A stretch of 64,000 nucleotides of DNA from Bdellovibrionales bacterium (GTDB lineage: Bacteria > Bdellovibrionota > Bdellovibrionia > Bdellovibrionales > UBA1609). Below, in pieces: positions 19,806 through 29,700 of this stretch. The DNA lies in the NCBI GenBank assembly GCA_965261545.1, contig CBDHDF010000010.1, positions 736,001 to 800,000 of the forward strand, read 5' to 3'. Position numbers and translations under genes: made by a program. Within the stretch, counting starts at the first letter, position 1. Every line of letters starts with the position of its first letter. The notes under the pieces are model-generated. The model saw only the letters and a list, made by a program, of their open reading frames with translations, had not been told where the DNA came from and did not search any database.

Positions 19806-21059
19806 TCACTTAGAAATAGGTTTTGTAATCTTTATAGCCATGGTTCCATGATGCACTCCACGGCGAGCCTTGTATTTATTAACATCTTCAATTTGCACAT
19901 GAGATTCATCAAAAACACTTTCGTTTAGTGTAATGATATCTCCTTCTTTTAAATTCATTAATTGTTTGAAAGAAATGGAGGACGTACCCAGGTTTACTTT
20001 CAATTCAACGCTTGCTTGCAAGAGTTTTTCTTTCAGGGAGGAACTCCATAGTTCTTGAGATCTTGAATCTTGGCTCTGTCTTTGAACCATATTCTGAGTT
20101 TGGCTCATCTTCTGATCTTGGGTTACACTCTGAACTTGGTTTACACTCTGAGCTTGATCCACATGTTGTTTTGAGTTCAATCTTGACCTCGAATTTGGGT
20201 TCGATCTTGAATTTAATTCTGATTTCAAAGAAATATAATTATTGATAGACCCCAGTTTTTGTTTGATTGGCTCCAATGTGGAATAAGGTGTCACTAGAGT
20301 CATCAAGCCTTGGGCATCATCAAGCTCTAAGATAAATTCAGAAACAACAATGACATCTGACTCATGCATCATACCTAAAAGATGTGAATGAGTTTCAGTG
20401 CTGGCAAATTTGCAATCCATTTTTTTAATAGGTGCCCAAGCTTTGTCTAAGTCGCTGACCGCCCAATGAATCACTTGCTCAACAAGAGATAGCTCAATAT
20501 GTGTGAGTCCATTTCCTTCTAACTTTGTGTAGGGACGATGAGTGCCTCCAAAGAAGTGATCAATGAGAATATATACCAATTTTCTTTCCATCAATAATAG
20601 AGATGGAACCTCTGAGGTATTCATTTGGAGGCAGTTGATACTCGTGAACATAGAAAAAGATTGGGCCCATTCACCAAATTGTAGAAAATCATGGGAGGCA
20701 CGGTGAAGACTTACTGTCTTTCTCAATTTTGATGAAAGAGTTTGGCTAAAAAACTCCATGAAATCATTATCAATGATGTCGATACGAGGGAAGTGATTCC
20801 GAATGATTTTGTCTTGGCAAGTGATATTGTAGGCAATAGGGCTTCGCCTTTTTGTATCCATAGATTTTTCTTTGTCAGCTCCCACTATCTCATTAATTTC
20901 TGCATTCTTATTAATTTTCACACTTTCATTAATCTCTGTGCTTTCATTAATTTCTTCATTCTTATTAATTTTTAATCTCTCATCATGATAAACTAAACTC
21001 CCTTCTGATATGGAAGACATCAAGGCGTCTATTTCACTTTGTGAGAGAATTTGATTCAC
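19806..21059 (-). CDS. fliM: Flagellar motor switch protein FliM
   Basis: CheY-binding ILSQSEIDALM, DHFFGG, PYSTLEPIK and a C-terminal SpoA domain. Two low-complexity insertions. Confidence 0.92.
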   Translation of the reverse strand: MNQILSQSEIDALMSSISEGSLVYHDERLKINKNEEINESTEINESVKINKNAEINEIVGADKEKSMDTKRRSPIAYNITCQDKIIRNHFPRIDIIDNDFMEFFSQTLSSKLRKTVSLHRASHDFLQFGEWAQSFSMFTSINCLQMNTSEVPSLLLMERKLVYILIDHFFGGTHRPYTKLEGNGLTHIELSLVEQVIHWAVSDLDKAWAPIKKMDCKFASTETHSHLLGMMHESDVIVVSEFILELDDAQGLMTLVTPYSTLEPIKQKLGSINNYISLKSELNSRSNPNSRSRLNSKQHVDQAQSVNQVQSVTQDQKMSQTQNMVQRQSQDSRSQELWSSSLKEKLLQASVELKVNLGTSSISFKQLMNLKEGDIITLNESVFDESHVQIEDVNKYKARRGVHHGTMAIKITKPISK

Positions 21060-21129
21060 GATGTCTATACTCCTTAAATAAAAGTTCTTAATTGAAAACC
21101 ATTAACTGAAAATCATTAACTGTAAATCA

Positions 21130-21657
21130 TTAACTAAAAATAAGTTGTGTAAAATAAATACTGCGAATCTGACCTTTTGTTAAAAACAGATTCACTTGGT
21201 TGCGAATTTCATTCTTTAATTCTTCTTTTCCTTTGCGATTCATCATCTCCCCATAGGATTTACTTGAAAGAAGAATAATAATAATATCTCTTATTTTAGG
21301 CTTTAAACGATTGATTTCTTGTTGAGCTCCTTCGCCATCAATTTCAAGTTCCATATTTAATTTGACAAGTTTGCGTCCATGATTTCCTGCAAGATTGACA
21401 AGAAAAGTTTCCAAAGGAATAAGTTGTCCCATCTCAGTAGGTCTTGTTATCAAGCTGTTATCATCGACGATTCCTCTTGAAACGCCATAAAAGGAATTCA
21501 TGCCATCTCCTTTCTCCCACTTGTAGATAAAACTTCCAAATAACAAGATAGCTACAGTATTTAGGATAGCTAAAATAAGAAAGAGTGTAGATTTTTGCAG
21601 TCTTTGAGATCGGCGTGGCGATGTGACCTCTTTCTTTTCTATGTCATGTTCGATCAC
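21130..21657 (-). CDS. fliL: Flagellar basal body protein FliL
   Basis: Single TM, PLETFLVNL, PKIRDIII..LSSK, IYFTQLI. GTG 21657 follows AAGGAG. Confidence 0.9.
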   Translation of the reverse strand: MIEHDIEKKEVTSPRRSQRLQKSTLFLILAILNTVAILLFGSFIYKWEKGDGMNSFYGVSRGIVDDNSLITRPTEMGQLIPLETFLVNLAGNHGRKLVKLNMELEIDGEGAQQEINRLKPKIRDIIIILLSSKSYGEMMNRKGKEELKNEIRNQVNLFLTKGQIRSIYFTQLIFS

Positions 21658-22064
21658 AGTAGCTCCTTGCGAAATTTTGAAAACTTGTGAGACCCTCTTT
21701 CTCGTATAGAGCAACTTGAGTGCCAACTGACCTAAAGTCTCTTATCCATCAATTTCTTCAAGGCGAAAACCTAGAGCCGACTCTCCACAGGTCAGTATAC
21801 CCATGACTTTTGTGCAGTCATATAAAAGCTGTTGTGGCAAAAGAGGCTCATATTTTGACTGATCCATATAGTAGTTTTTGACACCACTATGGGCGAGGAA
21901 TCAGGATTCAGAGATATAAATGCAAGAGAGATTCGTAGGCGCACAAACAAAGCCATGTCTAAACTTTGTACATTAATGAGAGATGATTTCGAAGCGATCA
22001 AATCTATGTTGTATCCTTCCTATACATTGTATCTTTCCTATACAATGATAGAACACAAGCATAT

Positions 22065-22104
22065 GCCTTGTTAAGAAAGCATAAGCCTTGTTAAGAAAGC
22101 ATAA
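22065..22104. repeat. Perfect 20-bp tandem duplication
   Basis: GCCTTGTTAAGAAAGCATAA x2. Confidence 0.9.
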
Positions 22105-22182
22105 ATTGACGCTCTTTTTATAGTAATACAAGTTATTTATGTTATTTATGGAAAATCGACTACACAAAAATTTAAGTCGCTC

Positions 22183-23673
22183 CGTATTGGGTCATAAGTA
22201 AACGACACCAAGGAGCGGTTTGTCATTTTGCTCATCTTATGCCACCTCCTTGATATTTTCCTGTCGTACTAATTTGAAAAACTCTTTAAGTTTTAGTTCA
22301 AGTCCCCTCTTTAGCTCAAAGGGGTTGAGTTCAGCTTTACGCCTCCTCAGTGCTTCATCCTCCTCATGGTTTAATACCCCACTTTCAATAACTCTCTGAT
22401 AGGGAGTCTTAGGGGTGCCATACTTTTTCTTGATTCTGGCTCCCACTCGTACCTTTTCCTGAAGTTTAAATGTGGGGAGAAAGAAGTTCTGGAGGGGACT
22501 CCAGTGGTTTTTATAAATGTCATTCATTAAAGGAACTAGCCTTGGATCTTCAAACCTCTCATAGCCAAACAATTCTCTGACGTGGGTGAAGTTTTTTTGC
22601 TCAATGTAGCAGTTGTCATTCTTTTTGTAGGGGCGAGAACGAGTGAACTTGATGTTAGATAATTGGGTGAATTGAAGGACAGGCTTGTTTAAGAACTCAC
22701 TTCCTGAGTCTGAGTTCATGGCCAGTAGTTTAAAAGGTATAGCTTGGTTAATGTTGTTGATTTGCCTTCTCACCTCCGTCCCTTTCTTGGTAAACATAGC
22801 CCGACACTCTGTCCATGTGGTGTTAATGTCGGTCACTGTAAGAGAGCTGATAAAAGGGCCTTGGGCACTCGTTCCACAGTGAGCAACCGTATCTGTTTGT
22901 ATATAACCAGGCCTTGTGACCTTGGAGTCCAGTGTATTGATGGGAACCTTATTTTTCATATATTGGGCAGGACAGGTTGTGGACAATCCCTTAGAGACCA
23001 CTGAAGCCAAGCGAATTTCCTTCAGATAACGCTTCAAGGTGCTGGCACTCATTTTTTCTAACTGAAGCTTTAAGTGGGGAGGACACGACTCATAATTGGG
23101 GAGCCAATCCGGTAGAGCGGCTTTTATTCGTACAGCCGAGATTTTTTCCATTTGTTCCCACAAATATTTGATGTGGGGTCGTAACTCCTCTTGAGAATAA
23201 GCCAGAGGCCTCCCTGACCGCTTGAGTGGCACAGAGCCATTATTTTGTTGAATCTCGTTTAATCTCCTTATGAGTCGCTTCCTAGAGAGGTTTGTGACCA
23301 GTTCCGCATGATCTAGCAACTCCCCTTTTTTAGCCTTAGAACTTTGTTGATATAAGCCTGAAATTGCAGTTAAGTAAGCATTAACAGCCGACTCCCTCAC
23401 TGAAGACCCCCTCGTTGATTGTTTGTTTCCAAAGATCAATCTTACTGAGAGGATCAACAGAGGGGTAGCTCGGCTGATCTGTTTTAGAAGGCGTAACAAC
23501 CGGTGTCTTATTGAGTGAGGGAGTCTCCTCAACGCACATTTTTGACTCAAAAAGAGAAAAGTGGGAACTCGGTATCGGAATAATGAGCCAGCCAGGTGGA
23601 GGACCATAACCCGGGCACCACGAAGGTGTTTTAATGTGATGCGTCTTGGTGTCGTTATTTTTGACCCAATTCG
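22183..23673 (-). mobile_element. Insertion sequence with rve-type DDE transposase (family not assigned)
   Basis: Imperfect ~30-bp TIRs: CGTATTGGGTCATAAGTAAACGACACCAAG and reverse complement CGAATTGGGTCAAAAATAACGACACCAAG. Flanked by CTC on both sides. Confidence 0.85.
22237..23400 (-). CDS. DDE transposase (integrase core)
   Basis: QTDTVAHCG, NSDSGSEF, RSRPYKKNDNCYIEQKN, KTPYQR. GTG 23400 follows GAGGGGG. Confidence 0.88.
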   Translation of the reverse strand: MRESAVNAYLTAISGLYQQSSKAKKGELLDHAELVTNLSRKRLIRRLNEIQQNNGSVPLKRSGRPLAYSQEELRPHIKYLWEQMEKISAVRIKAALPDWLPNYESCPPHLKLQLEKMSASTLKRYLKEIRLASVVSKGLSTTCPAQYMKNKVPINTLDSKVTRPGYIQTDTVAHCGTSAQGPFISSLTVTDINTTWTECRAMFTKKGTEVRRQINNINQAIPFKLLAMNSDSGSEFLNKPVLQFTQLSNIKFTRSRPYKKNDNCYIEQKNFTHVRELFGYERFEDPRLVPLMNDIYKNHWSPLQNFFLPTFKLQEKVRVGARIKKKYGTPKTPYQRVIESGVLNHEEDEALRRRKAELNPFELKRGLELKLKEFFKLVRQENIKEVA

Positions 23674-25492
23674 CTCAAATTCCTATCTTGATAAATCATA
23701 AGAAAATTATTGATAAAATATAAATTTTAAATAATAATTAATTAATTAAATGGAATTAATTTTTTTATAAAGTGTATTTGATGAGAATTGAAACGAATTG
23801 TACTAATCTGAGACTTTTAACTATGCTTTTTTAAAATATTTTAAAAGAGTATATGTGTGATGTTTTCCACAAGTTAATTATAACTTAATTCATCGTTAAA
23901 TGGAGGAGGGTGTAAAGTGAATATAAATAGAAAATTATTACATTCATTACAATTATTTAGATTATTATTTGTTTTATTCACTTTTTTAGTTTGTTTTTCG
24001 AATTACATCTATTCATCTCCTTTAGACTCATCTCCTTCAGACTTAAAAACATCAGATGAAACATCGAACGAAGTGCCATCTGAAACAATATCTCCCGTAC
24101 CTCAGGCATCTGATGAAAATTGTAATGGAGGGCAGAGATGTTCTGAATGGAAAAGTTATGCATTATTTTTAGAACAACGAGCAAAAGAACAGCCAGCAAC
24201 AGAAAATAGTTGTGAGTCTAGTGAATCTAGTACATCGGCGAGTGGCTCAACTGGGTCTCGTACTGTTGAATTGAGTGTCAATTCATTGCCTTCTTTATCT
24301 AGTCTGAATGCAGGAGCATACAATATTAGTGGAACTTGTGACTCAAGACTTGGAAATGTCACGGTTGTTATTGGGAAACCCAATGTTCAAAAATCTTTAA
24401 TTTGCACAAGTCAGAACGTATTTTCGGAAAGTTTTAACCTAGAACGTGTATCTTCCAATCCAGTCATTGCGACAGTCAGTCAAGAACAAGCCAATTCTAA
24501 TGGAGCCAGCATAATATCAAAAGAATTGAGCGTATCTATTGTTAATGAAATAAATTACTTTATAACAAAGTGGAATTTCCGTAATAATTATTATCGATTC
24601 ACTCTGCCTCTTAAATCAAATAAAGCATTAAGATATAATTTTTTGGTAAACTGGGGAGACGGAAGCCCTGCTGAGAGGGTCACATCTTTTGATGATCTAG
24701 ATAAGGTACATACCTATAAAAAGGCTGGAAATTATACGATTAAGATTTTTGGAATTTGTGAGGGATTTCAAAATGACGGAGTCTCAAGAAATATGTTGCT
24801 TGAGGTTGCCAACTTAGGTCAAGTTGGATGGAAAGACTTATCCCATGCTTTTAAAAACAACTTTTCTCTCACAAAATTTCTTGGAGGAGATACATCAAAA
24901 GTCACAAACATGTCGCATATGTTTACCCTTGCCAAAAAGGGACTGTAAAAATAATTGTGTAACTGCAATTTTTTTCTTAAATCTTAAAGCCACTTATGTG
25001 GCTCCACTCCTGGTAAAAAGCACAGTCCCATATTATTCGTCAATGTATAATTGACATTTTTTCCTTCAAGCGATTTTGTCAGTCACAATGCATTATAAGT
25101 TAATGGGGAGGTGGACATCTTCGCTGGTCTATATAATGGCCTCTTTAGTTACTCTGGACTTTTGATTGTATTATGGAGCCGTAATGGGATCATATCAGAA
25201 CTGGAAAGAACTCAAATAAATAATTATCATCTTGGTTGAAAAAAAATCAGCAATGGCTCTCTCAAAAAAATGGAAATTCCAATCTCATCAAAGGGTTCAT
25301 GTGTTTAGGTTCCCATACTATATTACCCCCTTTTTTTTATTTTTTTTAACTTAGGATATTCGAGAAATACCAGAATTGGGATGAAATATGAAAAAAAATG
25401 GAAACCCAAATCTGCACCAAGAGGGCATGTATTTAGGTTCCCATACTATATTACCCTAACCATAGTCTCGGTATTCCAGTACTTCTGTCAAC

Positions 25493-25526
25493 GCCTTAGA
25501 GGGGCTTTTAAGCCCCCTTATAAGGC
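25493..25526 (-). terminator. Hairpin just downstream of the IS256 transposase stop (possible terminator)
   Basis: GCCTTA..GGGGCTT-TT-AAGCCCC..TAAGGC. Repeated in copy 2. Confidence 0.4.
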
Positions 25527-25550
25527 AGGTGGTGGACCTTATTAAAAAAC

Positions 25551-26753
25551 TTAGTTGTCAAAACGGTCACCGTATTCAATGGCAAACCTGTTCATGGCTG
25601 GCTTCCAGTTGTGTAATGGTCGTGTCCATCGCTTAGAGGCCATTTTTATCGCTAAATATACAACTTTTAAAGCCGACCGATCACTGGGAAATATCTTACG
25701 ATTTCTGATCGCCTTGCGGATCACGCTATTTAACGACTCTATGGCGTTTGTGGTATAAAAAATCTTTCTGATTTCATCCGGATAATCGAAAATAGTGATG
25801 AGATTGTCCCAATTCCTACGCCAAGACTTTTCAATATTAGGATACTTTGAAGACCACTTGGTACAAAATTCCTCAAGGGCCTTTTCAGCTTCTGTCAGAG
25901 TCGTAGAGCCATAAATGGACTTGAGGTCTTGGGCGACAGCTTTCATATCCTTGGAAGGAACATAGCGAAGGGAATTGCGGACCATATGGACAATGCACAG
26001 TTGCACTTTAGACTTGGGAAAAGCCGCTGAAATGGCTTGAGGAAAACCTGTAAGACCATCTACAGAAAATATAAATACATCTTTCAACCCTCGATTTTGC
26101 AGCTCAGTCAAAACACTCAACCAAAACTTTGAACCCTCATTTTCAGAAATCCATAGGCCCAACAAGTCTTTCTGACCCTCCTCTGTAATACCAAGAGCTA
26201 GGTAAATCGCCTTATTAATAACTCTCTTGTCTTGATGGACCTTCACCACGATACAGTCCAAAAATACGATAGGGTAAGTGCTATCCAAGGGGCGGTTCTG
26301 CCAAGCCGTAACTTCATCAATAACAGCATCCGTCACGTTGGCTATCACTGAGTGGGATATCTCTGCACCATGGTAGAGGTCTTTGATAGCTCCTTGAATA
26401 TCCCTGGTCGTCATTCCCCTCGCATAGAGGGTCAGGATACTGTCTTCAAAGCCCTCAAGACGAGTCTTACCCTTGGGAATGACTTGAGGTTCAAAGGAGG
26501 CACTTCGGTCACGGGGGACCTGAAGCTCCACCTCGCCTTTCTCTCCCTTTATGGTCTTTCTACTGTAACCATTGCGAGTGTTGGATTTGCGGGTCTCAGA
26601 CTTCTCATGCCTCTCATAACCTAGGTGATCGTCCATTTCCGCATTAAGGGCCGTCTCTAAAACAACCTTCATCAGTTGACCCGTTATGTCGGATAAATCC
26701 TTTTGGGTCTTGACGTTCTTCGCTAGTTCCTTGCCTATTGTCTTGATATCCAT
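25551..26753 (-). CDS. IS256-family transposase
   Basis: RNGY, VPRDR, YARGMTTRDI, QLCIVHMVRN, YTTNAIES. Confidence 0.97.
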   Translation of the reverse strand: MDIKTIGKELAKNVKTQKDLSDITGQLMKVVLETALNAEMDDHLGYERHEKSETRKSNTRNGYSRKTIKGEKGEVELQVPRDRSASFEPQVIPKGKTRLEGFEDSILTLYARGMTTRDIQGAIKDLYHGAEISHSVIANVTDAVIDEVTAWQNRPLDSTYPIVFLDCIVVKVHQDKRVINKAIYLALGITEEGQKDLLGLWISENEGSKFWLSVLTELQNRGLKDVFIFSVDGLTGFPQAISAAFPKSKVQLCIVHMVRNSLRYVPSKDMKAVAQDLKSIYGSTTLTEAEKALEEFCTKWSSKYPNIEKSWRRNWDNLITIFDYPDEIRKIFYTTNAIESLNSVIRKAIRNRKIFPSDRSALKVVYLAIKMASKRWTRPLHNWKPAMNRFAIEYGDRFDN

Positions 26754-29700
26754 TCTGCCTTCTCCTTTCAGGATGATAGTTCATCCTAATATGATTCGGC
26801 AGTTACACAAAATAGTTTACAGGCTCGCCAAAAAAGCAACCCCAGATACAAGTGGTTGGGATACTTCTAAGGTTACAGATATGTCGTATATGTTTTCTCT
26901 TACCGAAAAAGCAAACCCAGACACAAGTGTTTGGAATACTTCCAATATTACCAATATGGCGAATATGTTTTATGCTACCAGAAAAGCAACCCCAAACACA
27001 AGTGCTTGGGATACCTCCAGTGTTACGAATATTCAAAGTATGTTTGCCCATAGCCTCCTAGCAAATCCAAATGTGAGTCATTGGGACACTTCCGAAGTCA
27101 CTAATATGTCAGGATTGTTTCTATCCACTGAGCAAGCGAATCCAGATGTGAGCAAATGGGATACCTCCAAAGTCACTAATATGTCAGGCTTGTTTCTATC
27201 CGCTCGCCAAGCGAATCCAGATGTGAGCAAATGGGATACCTCCAAAGTCACTAATATGTCCGGCATGTTTCACTCCACTCGCCAAGCAAACCCAGATGTG
27301 AGCAAATGGGACACCTCCAAAGTCACTACTATGTCAGCCATGTTTCAAAAGACCCTCCAAGCAAACCCAGATGTGAGCAAATGGGACACCTCCAAAGTCA
27401 CTACTATGTCAGCCATGTTTCAAAAGACTCTCCAAGCAAACCCAGATGTGAGCAATTGGAATACCTCCAAAGTGATTAATATGAAAAACTTATTTTTCGA
27501 GGCTCGCCAAGCAAACCCAAATACAAGTGGTTGGGACTTTACAAGCATTGGAGCGCATGAAGGGATGGCGTCAATATTTAAAAATTCAGGTCTTTCTATT
27601 GATAATTATTCAAAATTTTTAATAAGATTAAATCAAAAAGCACCGGTGATTCGTACGATCCACAAAGTGATTGAGGTAGGCAAATTGAAATACAATTATA
27701 GTGCTGCGATATCTCGTCACATTTTACAAATAAAAGGATGGACAATTCGTGATGGAGGTTTGAATAGACAATCAATGACTGGTACCAGTATCTCATTGGG
27801 TGTCAGTACCACTTCCCCGATTTCTTCATCCAATATAGCCAATTATATCATTAGTGGAACTTGTGATTCTGCCTTTGGAGCTGTCCGTGTTGGCGTTGTT
27901 GGACCACCACCAGGTGTAGAAAAAGATTTGCCTTGTACATCTCAGAACACATTTGCCGGGAGTTTTGATTTAAGAAATATATATTCTGCGCAGATCGCCA
28001 TTAACGTAATTCAGAGAGTGGCTGGAGGCAAACTCGAAACAACCCATTCTTCGATTTTTAACGACAGCAATTACTTTGTAACAAAATGGAGATTTCCAAG
28101 CAACCACCAATTCACTCTTCCTCTTAAAGAAGATCCATCATTGAACTACAATTTTACTGTGGACTGGGGAGATGGAAGTAAGGGTGAGGTGACATCTTTT
28201 AATGATTCCGATAAAGTGCATACTTATGCAACAGCTGGAGACTATATAATTAAGATTGTGGGTACCTGTGAGGGATTTCAAAATAACATGTCAGCATCAA
28301 GAGATCGCTTACTTGAGGTGAGAAACCTTGGAAATATGGGATGGAAAGACCTATCGAATGCTTTTTTTAGAAATACTCATCTTACAAGTTTTTTTGGAGG
28401 AAATACATCAAAAGTCACCAATATGAGTTGGATGTTTTCTTCAGCTTCCCGAGCCACCCCAGACACAAGTAAGTGGGATACATCCAAGGTCACCAATATG
28501 AGTTGGATGTTTTCTTCAGCTTTCCGAGCCACCCCAGACACAAGTAAGTGGGACACATCCAAGGTCACCGATATGCGATCTATGTTTTCTTCAGCTTCCC
28601 GAGCCACCCCAGACACAAGTAAGTGGGACACATCCAAGGTCACCGATATGCGATCTATGTTTTCTTCAGCTTCCCGAGCCATCCCAGACACAAGTAAGTG
28701 GGACACATCCAAGGTCACCGATATGCGCCATATGTTTTTGTATGCCACTCAATCGAGCCCAGACGTAAGTCGCTGGAATACTTCTGGTGTCCTCAATATA
28801 TTATATATGTTTAAGGGTGCCACTCAAGCTAACCCAGATACAAGTCGTTGGAATTTTACAAATCTTTCTGTTTCTGATAGTTTCGACGATCTATTTCGAC
28901 TATCAGGTTTATCCGTTGAAAATTATTCGAAATTCTTAATAAATATCAATGCAAAACCACCCACAAATATCAATATTCGGAAAGTGATTCATGTAAACAC
29001 ACTAAAGTACAATTATAGTGCCGCATCAGCTCGCAATAACTTAAAAAGGAAAGGCTGGATTATCACTGATGGAGGTTTGGACGAATCACCGCGTGATAAT
29101 AATGTGCCATGGTTGGGTCTCGATGATTCATTGACTCTACCTTCTCCATCCAATAGAGGGAGTTACACAATCCATGGAACTTGCAATGTAAATCTTGGAA
29201 TTGTTCGTGTCATTGTTGGATATCCCTCTGTACAAAAAGATTTGCCTTGCACAGAACAGAACACGTTTTCAGGGGAATTTGATTTACGAAATCAATCTTC
29301 TCCACACATGACTATTAGAGCCAGTCAAGATGGAGTCAGTGCAGAAGCAAGTGCGTCTCTTTCTAGCAGTCCCAATCACTTTGTAACAAAATGGAGATTT
29401 CCAAGCAATTTTACATTCACTCTCCCACTTAAATCAGAATCATCATTAAACTACAATTTTACTGTGGATTGGGGAGATGGTCTTACAAGTGAAGTGACAT
29501 CTTTTAATGACCCTGATAAAGTGCATACTTATGCAGCAGCTGGAAATTATATAATTAAGATTGCAGGAGTTTGTGAAGGGTTTCAGAATGATGGGCCTTC
29601 AAAAAATATGTTACTTGAGGTTGCCAATTTAGGTCAAGTGGGATGGAAAGACTTATCCCATGCTTTTAAAGACAATTCTTCTCTCACAAAATTTCTTGGA

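Larger units (their letters stand above)
24939..26826 (-). mobile_element. IS256-family element, copy 1 (1888 bp)
   Basis: TIRs GGGACTGTAAAAATAATTGTGTAACTGC and reverse complement GAGCCTGTAAACTATTTTGTGTAACTGC. 8-bp TSD GCCAAAAA at 24931-24938 and 26827-26834. Confidence 0.96.

Noticed and set aside
21730..22074. Short ORF 21889-22074 as a sigma-factor or regulator remnant
   Set aside because: Resemblance too weak and no RBS; cannot be supported.
26686..26826. Start of the 2534-aa ORF as a native gene start
   Set aside because: It lies inside IS256, antisense to the transposase. The native start is 23917.
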